Source: Psammoneis japonica (Eukaryota). From it: a DNA stretch of 64,000 bases. The notes under the pieces are model-generated. The model did no database searches. It was not told the DNA's origin and saw only the letters and a program-made list of their open reading frames with translations. The stretch spans positions 62,001 to 126,000 of the forward strand of contig QPGO01000112.1 of assembly GCA_008632985.1 (NCBI GenBank), read 5' to 3'. Below, piece after piece: positions 33,584-47,610 of this stretch (its first letter is position 1; each line of letters begins with the position of its first letter). A program made the position numbers and the translations under genes.

Positions 33584-36500
33584 CTAATACCAATTGTCGC
33601 GAATCACGCGGTCCGACGTTGATCGAATCTGCGCCACTTCACGTGGAATCTTGTGTTCCCTCCATAACAACTCGAGAGCACGGTAGCGAGCTTCGTGAAG
33701 AAACAAGGGACGTCCCCGACGAAGTCCAGGATCTTCTTCACCGTGCTCGTCGACGTATAAACTAGCAGAGTAAGCAGACTTGTTGTTGTGCATGAGGAGC
33801 ACCTTGCATTTTTGAACTAAGAAGAATATCCCAGTTCCTGACCCAATCTTTCTGGCATGCAGCGTACAAGCCCCCGGAGGACGGACCTAAAGCAAGGACA
33901 ACCCAAACAAGAGGATGAAAAAAGCGAAAGATTGCGCGGAGCTGAAAACACAAATCATTGCTAGGAATGGAGGATGATGAGAGGCTACACTTACAGTTCG
34001 TGAGTAGGTACGACGATGCAGAGAACCCGAACGCATCACAGCTCCCGTAAGGAGGCATAGCGCTGTTTCAGACATTCCACTATCATCCGCATCGTCGGCC
34101 TCTCCGGCGCCACTTCGCCCTTTTATCCGATTAACTAGGCCGTACAGCTCGACAAAGGACTTCGGAAGTCTAACGAGACAAACAGTAGGAACGCCTGTCG
34201 CAAAAGTAAAAAAGAAACATTGTGAGTTTCACAGCCAGCAATGTGACTTCGCAGTGATTCAATCGGAAAACATACCATGTCGATGTATCATTCCCAAGTG
34301 ACTCATATCACACATGAGGGAAGATGCTGCTGATAACTCCATCGAGGACCCTCTCGGTCCTGGTCCAATCACCGTACCGAGGAGACTAGGTTGGTAGGGC
34401 AGAATTGGAGAGCTTGAAACTGATGCAAATGCTACTTCATCGGGATTGGAGTCGTTCTCGTCTGAGCTTTCATCAAACACGTCTGTAGACACGTTGCTTC
34501 TCGAACGATCAGGTGAGTTTCCCGTCGATTCGTTATCGAGAAAACCGATTGTCTCTTCTCCCACCTCCACCTCCATCTCGTCGTCTGACTCTTCCACATC
34601 TCCGTCAGGGCCGAGAACAATGACAGCATCTTCCATGATGGCATCTTCTTCTTCTTCACTTTCTTCAAGGCTGTCACTGGCGTCTCCTCCGCTCTCAATC
34701 GAGACACTGAGATTCTCGTCATCTTGAACGCCACTATGAGACAGCCTTTGTGGTGATTCATGGGGACGTTTCCTATCCTCTTCCTCCTCGGTACTCATTC
34801 CTGATCCGTTCTGAGAAGAGACAGAGTCTCCTTTCAATGGCGAAGACCCTGACAAGATACTCGCGCCCTTAGAACCATGATGAATTTCAAGACCCACGAC
34901 GCTGTCAAGCCATCTACCAATAAGCACAGACCAAGACAGACTCCCTTCTGCTGTTAAGTTCGTGACTAAATGGGAAGGAAGTGGACCACCCATTGCCTTC
35001 AGAAACAGGAAACCATCTTCACAGGCCATTAACTCTTCATCGAATAGAATAGAATCCAGTACATCACGTTTCTCGTCACTAGAGTGACCCGGGCGCATCT
35101 TGTGCGCACGATGTCGTTCTCTTACAGCGCTTGAACAAGCGCGAAGCAAGATAACGAGAGACCGGGCAAAGGGGAGAATTGCCTGCCCGACCGGGCCAAA
35201 TAAGCCAGACTTCTTAGTAAGATTGGATGTCTCAACGACAAGAGGACCTTGGCAGCTCCTCGACTTCATCCTCGTCGAAATGTGGGAAACCAGCTTCCCG
35301 AGAGATTCGTCCTCCTTGTCGACCTCTTTTCAGTCCAGGAATCAAAATCCATGCCTTCGTCTTCAGATGCGGACAAGTGATACCCGCACGGGGTGATAAT
35401 CGTCTGGATGATCCTCCCAACTAACAACAAGCGAGAAACTAGTAGTAAGTCGTCATTTGTAGGAAGGTCGTCGACGCCACTTGTGAGCATTGTCGAAAAT
35501 ATGGCTCCCGTTAGTGTGTTCAGATCCCAAGCCAAGAGCGGAATGTGAAGGAAAGCACTTGCAATCGCGGCCGAAATGGCACATCAGAAGAGGCATTTGC
35601 TGACGAATGGTTTCGAAAAATGAAAGCATCCATCGTGCCCCAATTCGCCGGTAACTGAAAGATCCGGGTGGGCGGCAGATAATACTTCCCTTACCGCTAG
35701 TGGAGTGGGAGGGATCGATGAATCACTGGGAGCGTCAGCTGGTTCACTGGTGCCATTGATTCCCACTCCGTTCACGGTCCACATCGCCGCCGCCACGGCA
35801 CGAGCTTCGTGTCTAGGTGATATCGTTCCATCTCTGGCTGTGTGGCATGGTAGCGATGATAACAATGCAGTCAGCATACTGTACCGCTTCAGCTCGCTGC
35901 TGGGCTCGCTAACGACGGAGCTGTTGCATCGAAATTCTCGCATCCATGATCGCCCATAAAGAATATCTCCGAGACAAGACCCTACAATGAAAGCATCCCT
36001 GTCGGTTGCGGTTCCATCCCCGAAATGATTGTTCATTTCAATAGCAAGAACCTCCAAAAGGCCAGAAGTGGCATTGAGGGTTCTTCTCATCTCTTGAAGA
36101 AGAGGATGAGAATCCTTAACAGAATCCGAGTAGTCAGACCATGGATCACTTGTCTTTGCGAATAAGCCGAACGGCAGCGACTCTTCAACGCCTCTAGATG
36201 ATGCTTCTGCTGCAGATGCACTGTGACCAACCGCAGCCCAAGCTATATGCTGCTGGCGGAGCAGGCGCAACACATTCTTCACGCTTGAGCCAGCTTCCGA
36301 AGAAGACATTGATTCGAACGCTTCATCCTCGTAGTCCCATCTTTTTATTGCAGAATTCCAACGTCGCTGCGCCTTCTTCTCTATTGCGGTGGTTCGTTCC
36401 CATGGCACCTCCATTGCTTGAAGCAGATGAGCTCCGAAATCTTCAAGCGCTTTTTTATCCTGCACGCCAGAAGCTTTCGATTTCAAAGCAAGGAGCCGTC

Positions 36501-39500
36501 GAAGAGAATGGTGGTCGTTACCGAATGGTCCACGCACGCCCCCAGTATCTGTATCTACCTTCGCTGTAGAGACAGTTGTTGCCTTATCTCCAGAAGTTGT
36601 GTTGGCGGCCTCACGAGCGTTGATATCCCTGGGGATGAGTATATTCGAAAGCTGCTTACAAAGAGGGCAAAGAAATTCACCGTCGTCAATGTTAGCAGCA
36701 AAGCGTCCATCATACGGCTGCTCGCCAGCGGCACGCTGGTGCAGTGAGAGCACATGAGCCTCAACGCACTTCAAATGAGCCGCATGGCCGCACTGTCGAA
36801 CAAAAGGACGCGTGCTTCCCCATCGTGTACTGGAGAAACATACACTGGTCAAGGGACTCAAGATCACGTAGCCCTGAGAAGACTGCAGACTCGCCCATCC
36901 TTCTGTGATCTTTTCCTGCCCTGAACCAAACTTGTCCGCTACGTGTCTCACAAGAACTCGACGACACAATAAACCATACTTTTCAGAAACCTTCCTCTTT
37001 AGTACGGACACGATGCTTCCCATTGGTAGGCATGCGATTGGGGTAGAATCCATTTGCTCGCTTTCTCGAAGCTAACAAGGATAGCAAGAAAGTTTAGTAC
37101 AACTACAATGTAGACAACAATTGGAACCACTTTGGAACTCACCTGGCAGCCATGATCTCCCACCACTCTGTAGCTGTGAAAAAGCGTGTTTTGGATTTGG
37201 TCCGAAAAAACTGCATCGTTGGATTCATGGAGAGTCCGAATATGTGCAGCACGCGATCGCTGGACATGACCGAGATAACCAAGAGGGCCGTTGCTCTCCC
37301 CATCATCATCATCACACCTGCAAATGATGCAAAGCTCGCTCGAGCTTTCTTCCCCTCCCAGCCCCTTTTCCATATCGCCATCTGTTGAAGCGATTGACGC
37401 AGCGAATGCACTCTGTTTTTGCTTCATCATTTCCATTACTCGTCTTTGCGCAGCCATCCTTGCTTCCTTGTTCTTCGTGGATTTCTTATTCTCGGGCGCT
37501 GACGAATGCGTTTCGTGTTTAGGCCATAAGTCAGGTATATTTGAAAGCATTCTGCTAACGGTTGACTTGATAGAAGAATCAATTGTCCAGCGTACGGGAT
37601 CGGTACTCCCAGACGAAGCGGAGGATCCGAGCGCATCTTGAACAGGGATGCCGGACGTGGCACTCTGGCATGCAGCTTTCACGCTCGGTGCTCCATCCAC
37701 GAGGGCGCTGACAAATCGAAGTAGCCACTTTAAGCCGCTGGCAGCCAAGGTCCTTGCACCACCGTGGTCTTCGTCACTGTGGGAAGAGTTTGTTTCCCCT
37801 TCCGTCATGTCGCCCCCATGATCGGCCCGATACTCATAGAGAGCAATTAGCAGACCAAGAACGGATCCACGATTCTCTCCACTACCTTTGGACGGCAACG
37901 GTCCAGCCGGAGGTGGACTGAGGGCCCAAACGTCCTGTAAGGTATCCGGAACATGGATCAATCGACCTAAGTAAGAGTTGATAGACAAGCTCGCAGATAG
38001 AGCTTTTGCTTCGCCATCGAGATCAATCTGTGTACGATGCAACGACGCGCACTCTTCAAGAGTATGAACCTGGAGAGTCAACAACTGAAGTACTTCGAGA
38101 AAAGAAACAGATGATCCGGCAACAACTGAAGGTGAAAATTCAGGGCCGTCCTCGCTGTCATTGAAAGATCTGGCAGAGATCTGTGATGACGACGACCTCT
38201 TGAAACCTCTTCGTGTAAAAGTCGTGACTGGAACAGCGGAAGAAGTACCACTAGCACCATGCGCAACTGTGGTCGAGGTGATTTCAATACTGTCGGCATT
38301 CTCCACCGCTTGAGGTGTTGGCTCGGGAGGTGGGAGCCAAGAGCCCCCCGTGAGTGCAAATAGCAACGCCCGACGCAAAGCAGCATCCATTGCTGACAGG
38401 TGCAATATCAGACGGCACGGGACAAATCGTGGGTGAGCCTTTGGTGGGGCACAAACAAGTGGAAGACACTTTTTGTCCCGGGATTTATCGCTCTCTTTCT
38501 CGGCAGCTTGTTTTCGTAATCTGGCAACATTGTCCATTGCGTGCTGGTGTTCTTGGCGTCTCAAATGAAAGAAAGTCGGGTCGTATTCATGACAGCAATC
38601 CGCCCTTAACTCGAACGCAGGCGGACCCGATGCAGCGCGAGCATTTCCCTGAAACTTCTGCTTTCCAATCTCACGAAGTACCTTTGCAAACACGTCGCGG
38701 AAGACTCCGCCCCCTCCGCTACTTCCAGAAATATTGTCACTGTCATCTCTTCGACTCACAGCACTAGAAGCAGCTGCCATAGCCTCGCTATGCGAGCGGG
38801 GCTCCGCCGCTAGAGCATGGAGAAGTTCCCGCCGAACGCTTGTCTCTAGTGCTGTATCATCGACAGGGGAAAGCGGTGGTGGCGACGGCAGCTCTGTAAC
38901 GAGTAGGCAGAGGGTCGTAAAGAATGACTCTGAAAGGGCAACAGCATGGTCGGGATCTTGCAGCCGTGGTGGGTTTACCCAGATACTAGTACCGTATGAA
39001 GCGCTCGAGCTACTACCCTGGACTCGTCTCTCTGGATCACAAAGGTAGCCATCCATACTAAAACGGCTGATAAGAAGTGAGAATACTCTTCGGGCCCCGA
39101 GACCAATGCTAAGTCCTGCCGCAGAGAGCTGGACAAGCGATAAATCTAAGTCTCTGAACGACCTGCACAGCGGCGCACTGGAGTAGTTCAACGCCATCCC
39201 CGCAGTAGAAGTTCCGTTTCTAGCCCATAGGTGCCTTTCAATCTGTTGAGCTGCAGCCAGACATCGGATGGGATGATCGGCGATGGAATGGACAATCTTG
39301 GCTGATGCTATCGCTGCAGAAACTGCTTTTGACCTTGCCCGGCGTCGCTGAGCTTCGGCAGGCGTACAATCTGGGCCTGCGGACCAATTCACACGACAAT
39401 TTGCTGATCTCAACGTCGGCCGAAGAAGAGCCACAAGAGGATGTGTGCGACAGGGCCGCTGGAATCCAATGAGGCCGCACGAAACTCCTCATCCAAAACC

Positions 39501-42500
39501 GGGAGCTTCCACCAGTCGTTAGGATATGCGCTTCTGATGGTCTCGGGCACAACTACCGTGCAAAGGCTTCTCACGCTCTTTGCCAGCGCTCTATGCAACG
39601 GTAAATGGAAAGACAAGGAATCCCCTGCGAGAGGCGAATGAGGGACGCGTAGCCAGTCCCCCATCGCTGGACCATTTCGACTGCTGTCGTTTTGAAGCCC
39701 TCCTTGCTCCACGGGTGCACCACGGTACAGGGTATTCGATTCTTCCATTCGAAGGGCGCTTTCAATCACATCGAGCTGCGCCTCTGTCATCTTCACTCCT
39801 GTTGCACAAGACAACGCTACAGCGTTCTTAGACCCCCCGGGCGCAACATTCCCAGAGGATCCATCGTCAGAAGAGAGAGTTGATATTTGAGAGCTCGAAA
39901 AATGCAGTGTACTTCTCTGTAAAGCTTCTACTAGAGATGCTTCCAATGCACCCTGTCCACCTCCGGGTGGCAAGGGCAAACCAGTCTCCAACATTCCTTC
40001 GCGATACAACCAGAGCTTTAGCTCGCGCAACAGCGCCGCGAAAAGGTTTCCCATTGCCTCGCGTATGCTCACAAGATGCGACCCATCAGATGCTAGGGGC
40101 GTCAATGCCGTGCTGCTGCTATTCGTTGAACTTTCGGTAAGAGCATCTCGCGTGCTGGCCAGATTTAAGCTAAGACCAAAAGCCTCCAACCAACGATTTT
40201 GTTCATATTCAATGTGACCACCCGAAATCTTTCGCTTTTGAGGATCCATACCTTGCGCGAGCCGCAACAAGCGCGCCCAAACGGTAGGGAAGCTAATTAT
40301 ATCCTCTAATCGAGGGGATGTCAGTGGGACAGGATAAATAGGGAACTTCTGGGGGAGGAGCAAACGCACGGCCGTAGCAGGGGTTTCAATGATATACTCC
40401 AGGTCTCGCAAAAGATGCGGCAGTCGTTTATGACGAGTAGATCGCGAATCTAAGAAACCATCGTCAGGAGAGGCTGGCAACTGCGTCGTCAATGGGTGCT
40501 CGCCCGCGCAATACGTGAGAGCGGGTATCAAGTTTTCGTTTCGGTTGCTATCTCCGGTTTCATCTTCACTGTCGTCGTCATTGCCGGCGGAAGTGTTGTT
40601 AAGAATCATTTGTACTTCCTTCGAGGCTCCAAGTAAGTTTGTGTGAATGCATCTCACGACCGTATGTGCGATTGGAAGAGTGAACGTTCCTACCGGCGAT
40701 CCGCCTTCTTCGTGTTCGATGCCATTTTCACAGAGCAACAATTTCCTCGTTGCAGACGAATTGCCCAGGGCACGAACTAAACTTCCTGCTGTAAAAATTT
40801 GCACTGTGAACCCCAGCAACGAATCGGCTTCCGTTCCCACACCAGCACAAAAGAGAGTACTGAGAGAGCGATACGCAACGCCTCCAAGGGCGGCGGCGAA
40901 ACGGCATTTGAACCTGGAATCAACGAGCAATTTCAGAAACAGAGCATGAAGATTTGCCCGGAACTGTTTCGTTGGATAAGGATCAAGCAACAGCAGCAGT
41001 AGAATGGGAGAAACAGGAGCGCGGAAAGAGCAAGTGGATATAAGATGTCTCCACTCCATTGAGGAAGGCAATGGTGGCGGTGTCTTGCTAACTGATCGAG
41101 GGGAAATCGTTCCCAGTCCACTGATGATATGCAACCCTGGCAATTTACTCGGATAGACAGAGGACGTAAGTCGTTCCGCTTCTTGTTGTTTTCTCAGATC
41201 GGTGTCTATCACCAAAACATCTTCCACTAACATGTTTTCTGCCACTGACGGAAGCAAACTATTTTCTTGACTAAGTCTGGCTAACAGAGGATGCTTCAAC
41301 GCCGACGGAATCGTGTCGCTGTATTTGGAAGGGAGTGTGCCCCAGAGCGCATGCGGAGACTTGCAGTATCGTCGCGATGGTAGACGGTACGGAACATTCT
41401 CATAAAAGCTGGCGTCTGTGCCTGATGTTGCGAGAAAAGAATTGGTAGCAAGAAGCTGAGGCAAAGGGAGGCACAACAACAACAACAATCAATAACAAGA
41501 ATACTAAACGCTCACCGGTTATATCCACAAACGAAGATGCGTTCAACTCCAGACCTAGCGAAAGCAACCGTTCCGCCTCGTCTCGCCTCAAGTAGCTAGA
41601 TTCCAAATGAGGTGGAAACGCCTGGAAACGCCTGCGACACTCTTGAAGTTCGTCACCACGATCAGAAAAGGCAGCCCATGAGGGAATCGTACGTGCCTGG
41701 TTCCACACGTGAATACCGGCAATGTTCTGGTCCTGGTTGTTCACCTGAACCAATGCATGCACCACCAAGACCGCCGCCGCTGGGTGGGCCGCACTTACTT
41801 CGGCAAGCCACAAAGACAGGGCACGAGCACGCTGTTCAAGGTCTAGCTGAGAGGTCCCAACGACAGCGCAGTGCAAACCGTTCCTCTTCAGACGGCGGTA
41901 CCCTTGCATGGCAGAAGTTACGTTCGCGCATTCCTTTACAATCACCTGTCCATCGGCGTCTACATGGTTTGTCAGCTCCTCAGCTTTCTCTCTGTGAATA
42001 ACTAGAGCCTGCTCAGATTCGTTTCTCCTTGCGGTTCTCGGTTCATGCATTGCAGATATTACTTCATCAAAGGTGTGAACATCATCATTATGAAGGCGAA
42101 GATGTAACAGATATCCACTTGGAGGGAAAGCTGTGGCTCATCACCTCCCAAGAAGGAGCGAGGCGTCACTGTAGGGCTCGCCTTACGAGTAGAGTAGTAT
42201 TCATCGTTGGGAGAACCATTCCATACGCGTGAGGCGTCATCCGCCCACCTTAACTTCCACTGACTAGGGTCTGCACCAATACCGGCGCCATCCGCTGCTT
42301 CTACTAGGCACTGGACGGCTGAACCAATCACAACGCCAAGAGCCGCCGCCAGTCGCGGAGGAAGAGCTGTCTCTGCGCTCGTTAAAGTCTCCACCGCTTC
42401 CTCACGAGCTTTGGTGGCTGTGCGCACAACTTCTTCGGTTACGTCAGAAAGCTCTTGGGGAGAAGCCTTTGGTGTACTTTGAGGACGATGCTTCGCGCAA

Positions 42501-43308
42501 CACCCTTCAGGCTTCCAAGCCTCCGGATCTCCGCAATCGCAGCATCCTCCGGGGGTCGTGCGGTGAAAAAACACTTCATGTCCTTCGTGATTCGATGCGT
42601 GAAAGCACGTATCGCAAAGCACACAGGTAGCATCCGCTTGGCACGTGCGGCAGTTCCAAGCAATATCACCTCGCTGAAAGACGTAACCGCAGGGACGGGT
42701 TCGCGCTCCTCCGCGAGATGAGACACTCCTGTCGTCAGAGTCATGGTGCTGTTGCTTCGCGTCATCAGCCAGACGTCGCAAAACTGCCACCACAGTGTCG
42801 TCAACCACCGAACCTGCACCCAACTCGGAGTTGTATGCTTCTTCTTCGCTTGATGGAATAGTCTCTAAGGTTTGTGCATCGTCTAGGTATTGCAGCACCA
42901 TGGAATCTGTCCACCGACGACGGCAGAAGGTGGCACACCGGTTAACGAGTTGAAAGCAGCGTCGGCCAGGGCGGACAGAGACGGTAAGAAATGCGGAAGA
43001 GACGTATCCTTTCCATACAGAAGGATGAACTTTCGAAGTCTATCATCGGCGAGCCGCGCTTTTGAGACAACGACGTCGGGCGACAACACTCGCCGACGCG
43101 TCGATCGCGGGGTCTGCGAACCTTCCTGTGCTGTGTTGCTGGTATGAGAGTACGAAGCTAGATCATACCAATCCTCCCCGCTGTCGCCATTTCCCGGCAG
43201 CGAAATCCCTCCTGGACAAAACCGGAGATATGCAGGTAGCGGATAGCTTGGAGTCGGCTCCATTGCTGGGGGAGAAGACCCTTCCGTACCGGTACTGGTG
43301 CTCGTCAT
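33584..43308 (-). CDS. UBR-box N-recognin E3 ubiquitin ligase (UBR1/PRT6-like), multi-exon, with several apparent frameshifts
   Basis: UBR box CGYVFQRGDIAWNCRTC...CFHASNHEGH...GGCCDCGD, ClpS-like LHNDDVHTFDEV, split RING-H2 CIICR...CGHAAHLKC...EFLCPLCKQLSN, and C-terminal LYVDEHGEEDPGLRRGRPLFL. Confidence 0.92.
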
Positions 43309-43999
43309 GGCCCTTTCGCGAAAATGCAGACGTGGACGACACTCGTCTTCGTGCCTCAAACTCTCTCAACGGTAAGATGTCGTAGAAAGATACCGAAGAT
43401 ACTTGAGTGTATTTGTATTCATGACTAAAGGACATAAAAACGAAAGATTTAAGCACGTATCAAAGAATGTAAAGCTTAGATCTTGATTATCACATTCAAT
43501 TACGTTACTCACGAATTAATATCTATTTATTTGTTTTGCCGTTGGATCGCCTTTGCTTTTTTTTTACACTGTATTAATAGGTGGTGCTTTTTGGTGCGTG
43601 GTTTCGCAGATCCTTTCATTTTTTGCTGTCTGGATGCGATGGACACGACCGAAGCAACAAGTGCGAGTCTACGAGGAGACATTAGTCGTCTAAGGCTATC
43701 GTCACAAAAGGAAGTTGTGCGAGGAAACAAAATTAAGCTGCCAAACTAAATCTAAAAGAAATATGCCACTTTGCGGCTTGAAATATCAAACCATATATCG
43801 TCTGCCTTCGAGTACAAGCAACCCCTTTACAGCTTGCACTCCAAAGTATTGTGAATGAACCCAGAAGAATCTAATTCTCGGAGTGACACGATAACATAGA
43901 GAACTCTAAAAGTAGAAGTCGGCATCTGGTCGGACATACCGTCTCGTCGGTCGCACCGAATCCTGATGCACACTCCTGGAACTCATCATGGTATCTTCT

Positions 44000-46690
44000 C
44001 TACATGGACGCTTCGTCCGAGCCATAGTCAGGGATACCGTAGCGCTCAAGACTCACAATCAGACCACGCGACAACACAGCATTTTCTTCGCTGGAAGAAC
44101 GCCAACGATTCTTTGGTGGGTCCAACGTTCGTGACCTAGTTCGCTGGCGATGGTCCTGTGCTTCACGATGCAGCCTTCTTATCCTGGCTCTTCGACCTCG
44201 GTGCGAGAGGGTGCTTCGAGTGGACTTGGCTTCAATGCTGGTGTCTGAAAGATCCGTGCCTGACGAGGAGTCGTCTTCTGATGTTGACACGGTTGCGATA
44301 ATGGGACTATGGATGCCGTGCTTGTAAATGTTGTCCTCTCGAGTTATCCGTCTGCTTCGTTGCAAGCTAAGGGATCGACATCGCCTTCGCTTCTTCATCG
44401 ATGATTGATTATCATCATCGAGTCTATCCCTGCGACTGAGTCTTCCTGCACCAGTCGACATTACTTCATGCTTGTCGCTCGATGGAGTAACAATTGCCTC
44501 GTCTCCAGAGGTATCAGTTTCCGATTCCAAAACTCCGTCTTCTCCTTCAGAATTCGACGAGGCGGAGACTTGCGGGGTAAAGGAATCGACGCCGTGCATC
44601 CAAGTCGAAGACAGCCCAGAGTCAAGTAGCCGCACGTCAGGAGCTGATTTGGTTCGTGTCAGCGTAGGGTAGCTGTGGAGGCCGGATGTGGACGACATGG
44701 TCGATGTATAGCTCCTGCTATTGTCCTCTGTATCGCTGTTCTCGAACTCTTCTAGGTCACGATCTGTTTCTTCGTCAATAGTGGTATCTAACAAGGACGT
44801 ACCAGAGGCAACGGAGTTTCCCATGGAGCGACACCGCCTAAGTTGTCGACTTCTCGATCTGCCTCGATGTTGCCGACTCCACCTGGGTGCGTCGCTTTGG
44901 GTTTCGAGATTGGTAGATTCGGGCATTGAGGAAGTGCTAGAAGCACTGGAAGAACCACCGTCCGAGTACGAATCGTTGGCACCAAACGAACTCATTGAAA
45001 GTGATGTCGGCGTCCCTTCACTGCTAAAGTTAATGTCTTCGGGGTCATCCTCGGCACTCGATTGAGAGAACGTAGTTACAATAATGGGTGGACTCGAAGC
45101 AAAAAGCGCATTCCAATCGTTCACTAGGTGTTGATTTTCAGACTTCGCTTTAAGGAGAGATGGCATCTTGTCTGAAACACCCAAATCACCAGTCCCGAGA
45201 GAGCTGACTTTAGACTTGACGGATTCGCCTTTGCTCCGACGTCCCAATGTCGACCGAGATCCACAGTCGCTGAGGACGGCAGCGTAGTCCCGTCCGTTGT
45301 TCATTCGACGAGAAACATCGCGCTTCACTTTTGCCGTGAAAGCTCGAATATTCGAAATCATGACACCCCGTGAGTTATCTATCTGCGATGACTCTATTTC
45401 GTCAGACTTCATGGGCACTACAATCTCGCCAGAAATGATTCGCTCGTGACAATCATTCGAATTCGTAATGATCAACGGCACCGCATCGTTCTCAAGAGCT
45501 GACCTGTTCTCGACCATCTCCTCCAAAATGTCGTTGTTGGGAGCAACGTTGTCCCGATCACCGCGGACGAGCTCCTCACCGAGTAACTTCGAGTCGTTCT
45601 CCGGATCCGATTCCCCACTCGTGTCAGGCGACGTTGGGGGAGACCGAGATTTGTTCTCGTGCTCTGCCAGTTTCAATAGGTCGTCCAAATCACCAAAACT
45701 TGCAATACTTCTTTGGTCATCACCGATTCTCTTACCGTCCTGTACTTTAAGCAAAAGACGGGAGTTGGTACTGTTCGCATAGTAGCTGCCAGCCTCTTGG
45801 CATTTCGGGGTATCAGCAGCAGAACGGTCCCCTCCTTGGTGACTGATTGATTCAGTATCCACCAGTGGTAGGGCCGGTGTGTTTGCCCACCGACGTCTAT
45901 GATACCAGCGACGGATTCCATCTCCAAACCGCCCAAATGACTTTGCCTTTGGAGTGGAATAGCGTTGAATCAGAAGCACCTCATCCATGCCGTCCTCCAC
46001 GGATGAATCAAAGATATCTGGGTAGGAGCCAATGTTCTCGCTTCGTTTTTTGACTTTCCAGGCATCAAGTTCGACAGCCCAACGAGGTGGATCGATGCAC
46101 TGAGTGTAGAGCGTTAAGAAAATGAAGCATAGAATGCTTGCTATCAGATAGTAGACACCAGTCGAGGTTGAACATTTCTGCCCTTCGTATTTTGTACAGG
46201 CATCCGTTTCAAAAAGAAGAAATATAGGAACCTCGATCACGGCCGAAAGAGCTGAAAGAATCGATAGCACTTTCCAGTTCAAGTCTGTAGGAGGAAGCAG
46301 AGTACTGATTGCCCATGATAGCAACGTGCACAACGAGCCCATTGCGAGGGAAACGATCAGAAAAGCCCGACTCAGGTCCGCAAAGTTGTCACTATAAAAG
46401 AAGTCACTCTCGCACAAGATACCCATGTCGTGTGAGGACGTCTCTGCGTCCTCCTTATCGCTGACAAGAGCTTGGCCATCTTTGGTTGACACGGTCAGGA
46501 AGCTGCAGGTGCTGTCGAAGTGCGCCGAGAGATAGACGGGTTAGTAGTGCTCCATCTAACAGCAAACACGGGAGTGGTGCACAGCAACAGACTTACGTTC
46601 CAGCTAGAGCCAATAAGGCCAACGCGCATGATGACGCCGAGGCTGCCCCCAGGGCTGGCAACCGATGACGAAGGACAAGACCCGACATTC
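44000..46690 (-). CDS. Membrane protein with several N-terminal TM helices and a long Ser/Asp/Arg-rich cytoplasmic tail; start uncertain
   Basis: 830-codon ORF with hydrophobic segments AFLIVSLAMGSLCTLLSWAI, VLSILSALSAVIEVPIFLLF and GVYYLIASILCFIFLTLY. A further hydrophobic stretch lies upstream in another frame. Confidence 0.65.
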
Positions 46691-47610
46691 GGAGTGGGTC
46701 CGCGTTGTTTGAAGGTGATTTCTACGAATTTCTGGAGTTTAAGAGGATTCGATAAACACTGAAGCGAGAACTATGCCGTCTTGCAGACTTGCGAATTGAT
46801 GTTCGCCGGCAATGCACGTCAACTGAATGAATGATCAGAAGAACAACGCTCGTTGTTACTTCTATAGATACACAATGCGGTCGTGTCTGGGGTCTGGGTG
46901 TGATGCTGCTTTTCGAGTTTTGATTGACTGCGTCCTTGGCAGTCATGCAAAAATTGTCATTTCAACATTCCTTAAAATATGATAATCTCTTCATAAATTT
47001 AATCATGTTTGGATTCGATAAACATTTTTCTCTGTTCCTTATAATCGTACATTGGTATTGATCAGGAAGGAGGTTAAAATGCGGTTAGAAGTATCCAATA
47101 AATAATGCACAATTTTAGATTCATTCAAATAAAACATATACATACAGAAAAGTTCAATTTGTGCACTAATACTCTAAACAATAATTGAATGAAAATCTTG
47201 CAGTCCAAAGATCTCATTATTTTTCATAATATCATGGAGGCCAAATCAAAATACCAAGAGACTTCTACGTGTCTTGTTTATTTGCGTTGTTCTTGTCGAG
47301 GTCTGTGGTCTGTGGCTGGGCCCTATCCTTACCGGTACCGTAGGCCTACGTAACCTGCTGACATCTGGAACAGCCAGACTACTCTCTAGCTAGTTGCTAT
47401 CATAGGGCCCTCTAGCTAGAGTAGGAGTACTTACAGCAGCGTCGTTCTATTCGGCAGTGCACAATGCTGCAGACGCATCATATCAATGCACAATTCACAC
47501 GCCGACTGCATACGTAGGGCCCTCTAGGTTCATCAAGGCAGAGCCATTTCTCGTCATCCAGACTACCGTAGGCCTCTGAGCGCAATATAGCAGTTTACAA
47601 GCATCGCGCG

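Noticed and set aside
33584..43308. UBR ligase as a pseudogene or as several separate genes
   Set aside because: All domains are in canonical order with intact zinc ligands. The breaks are consistent with introns and isolated indel errors.
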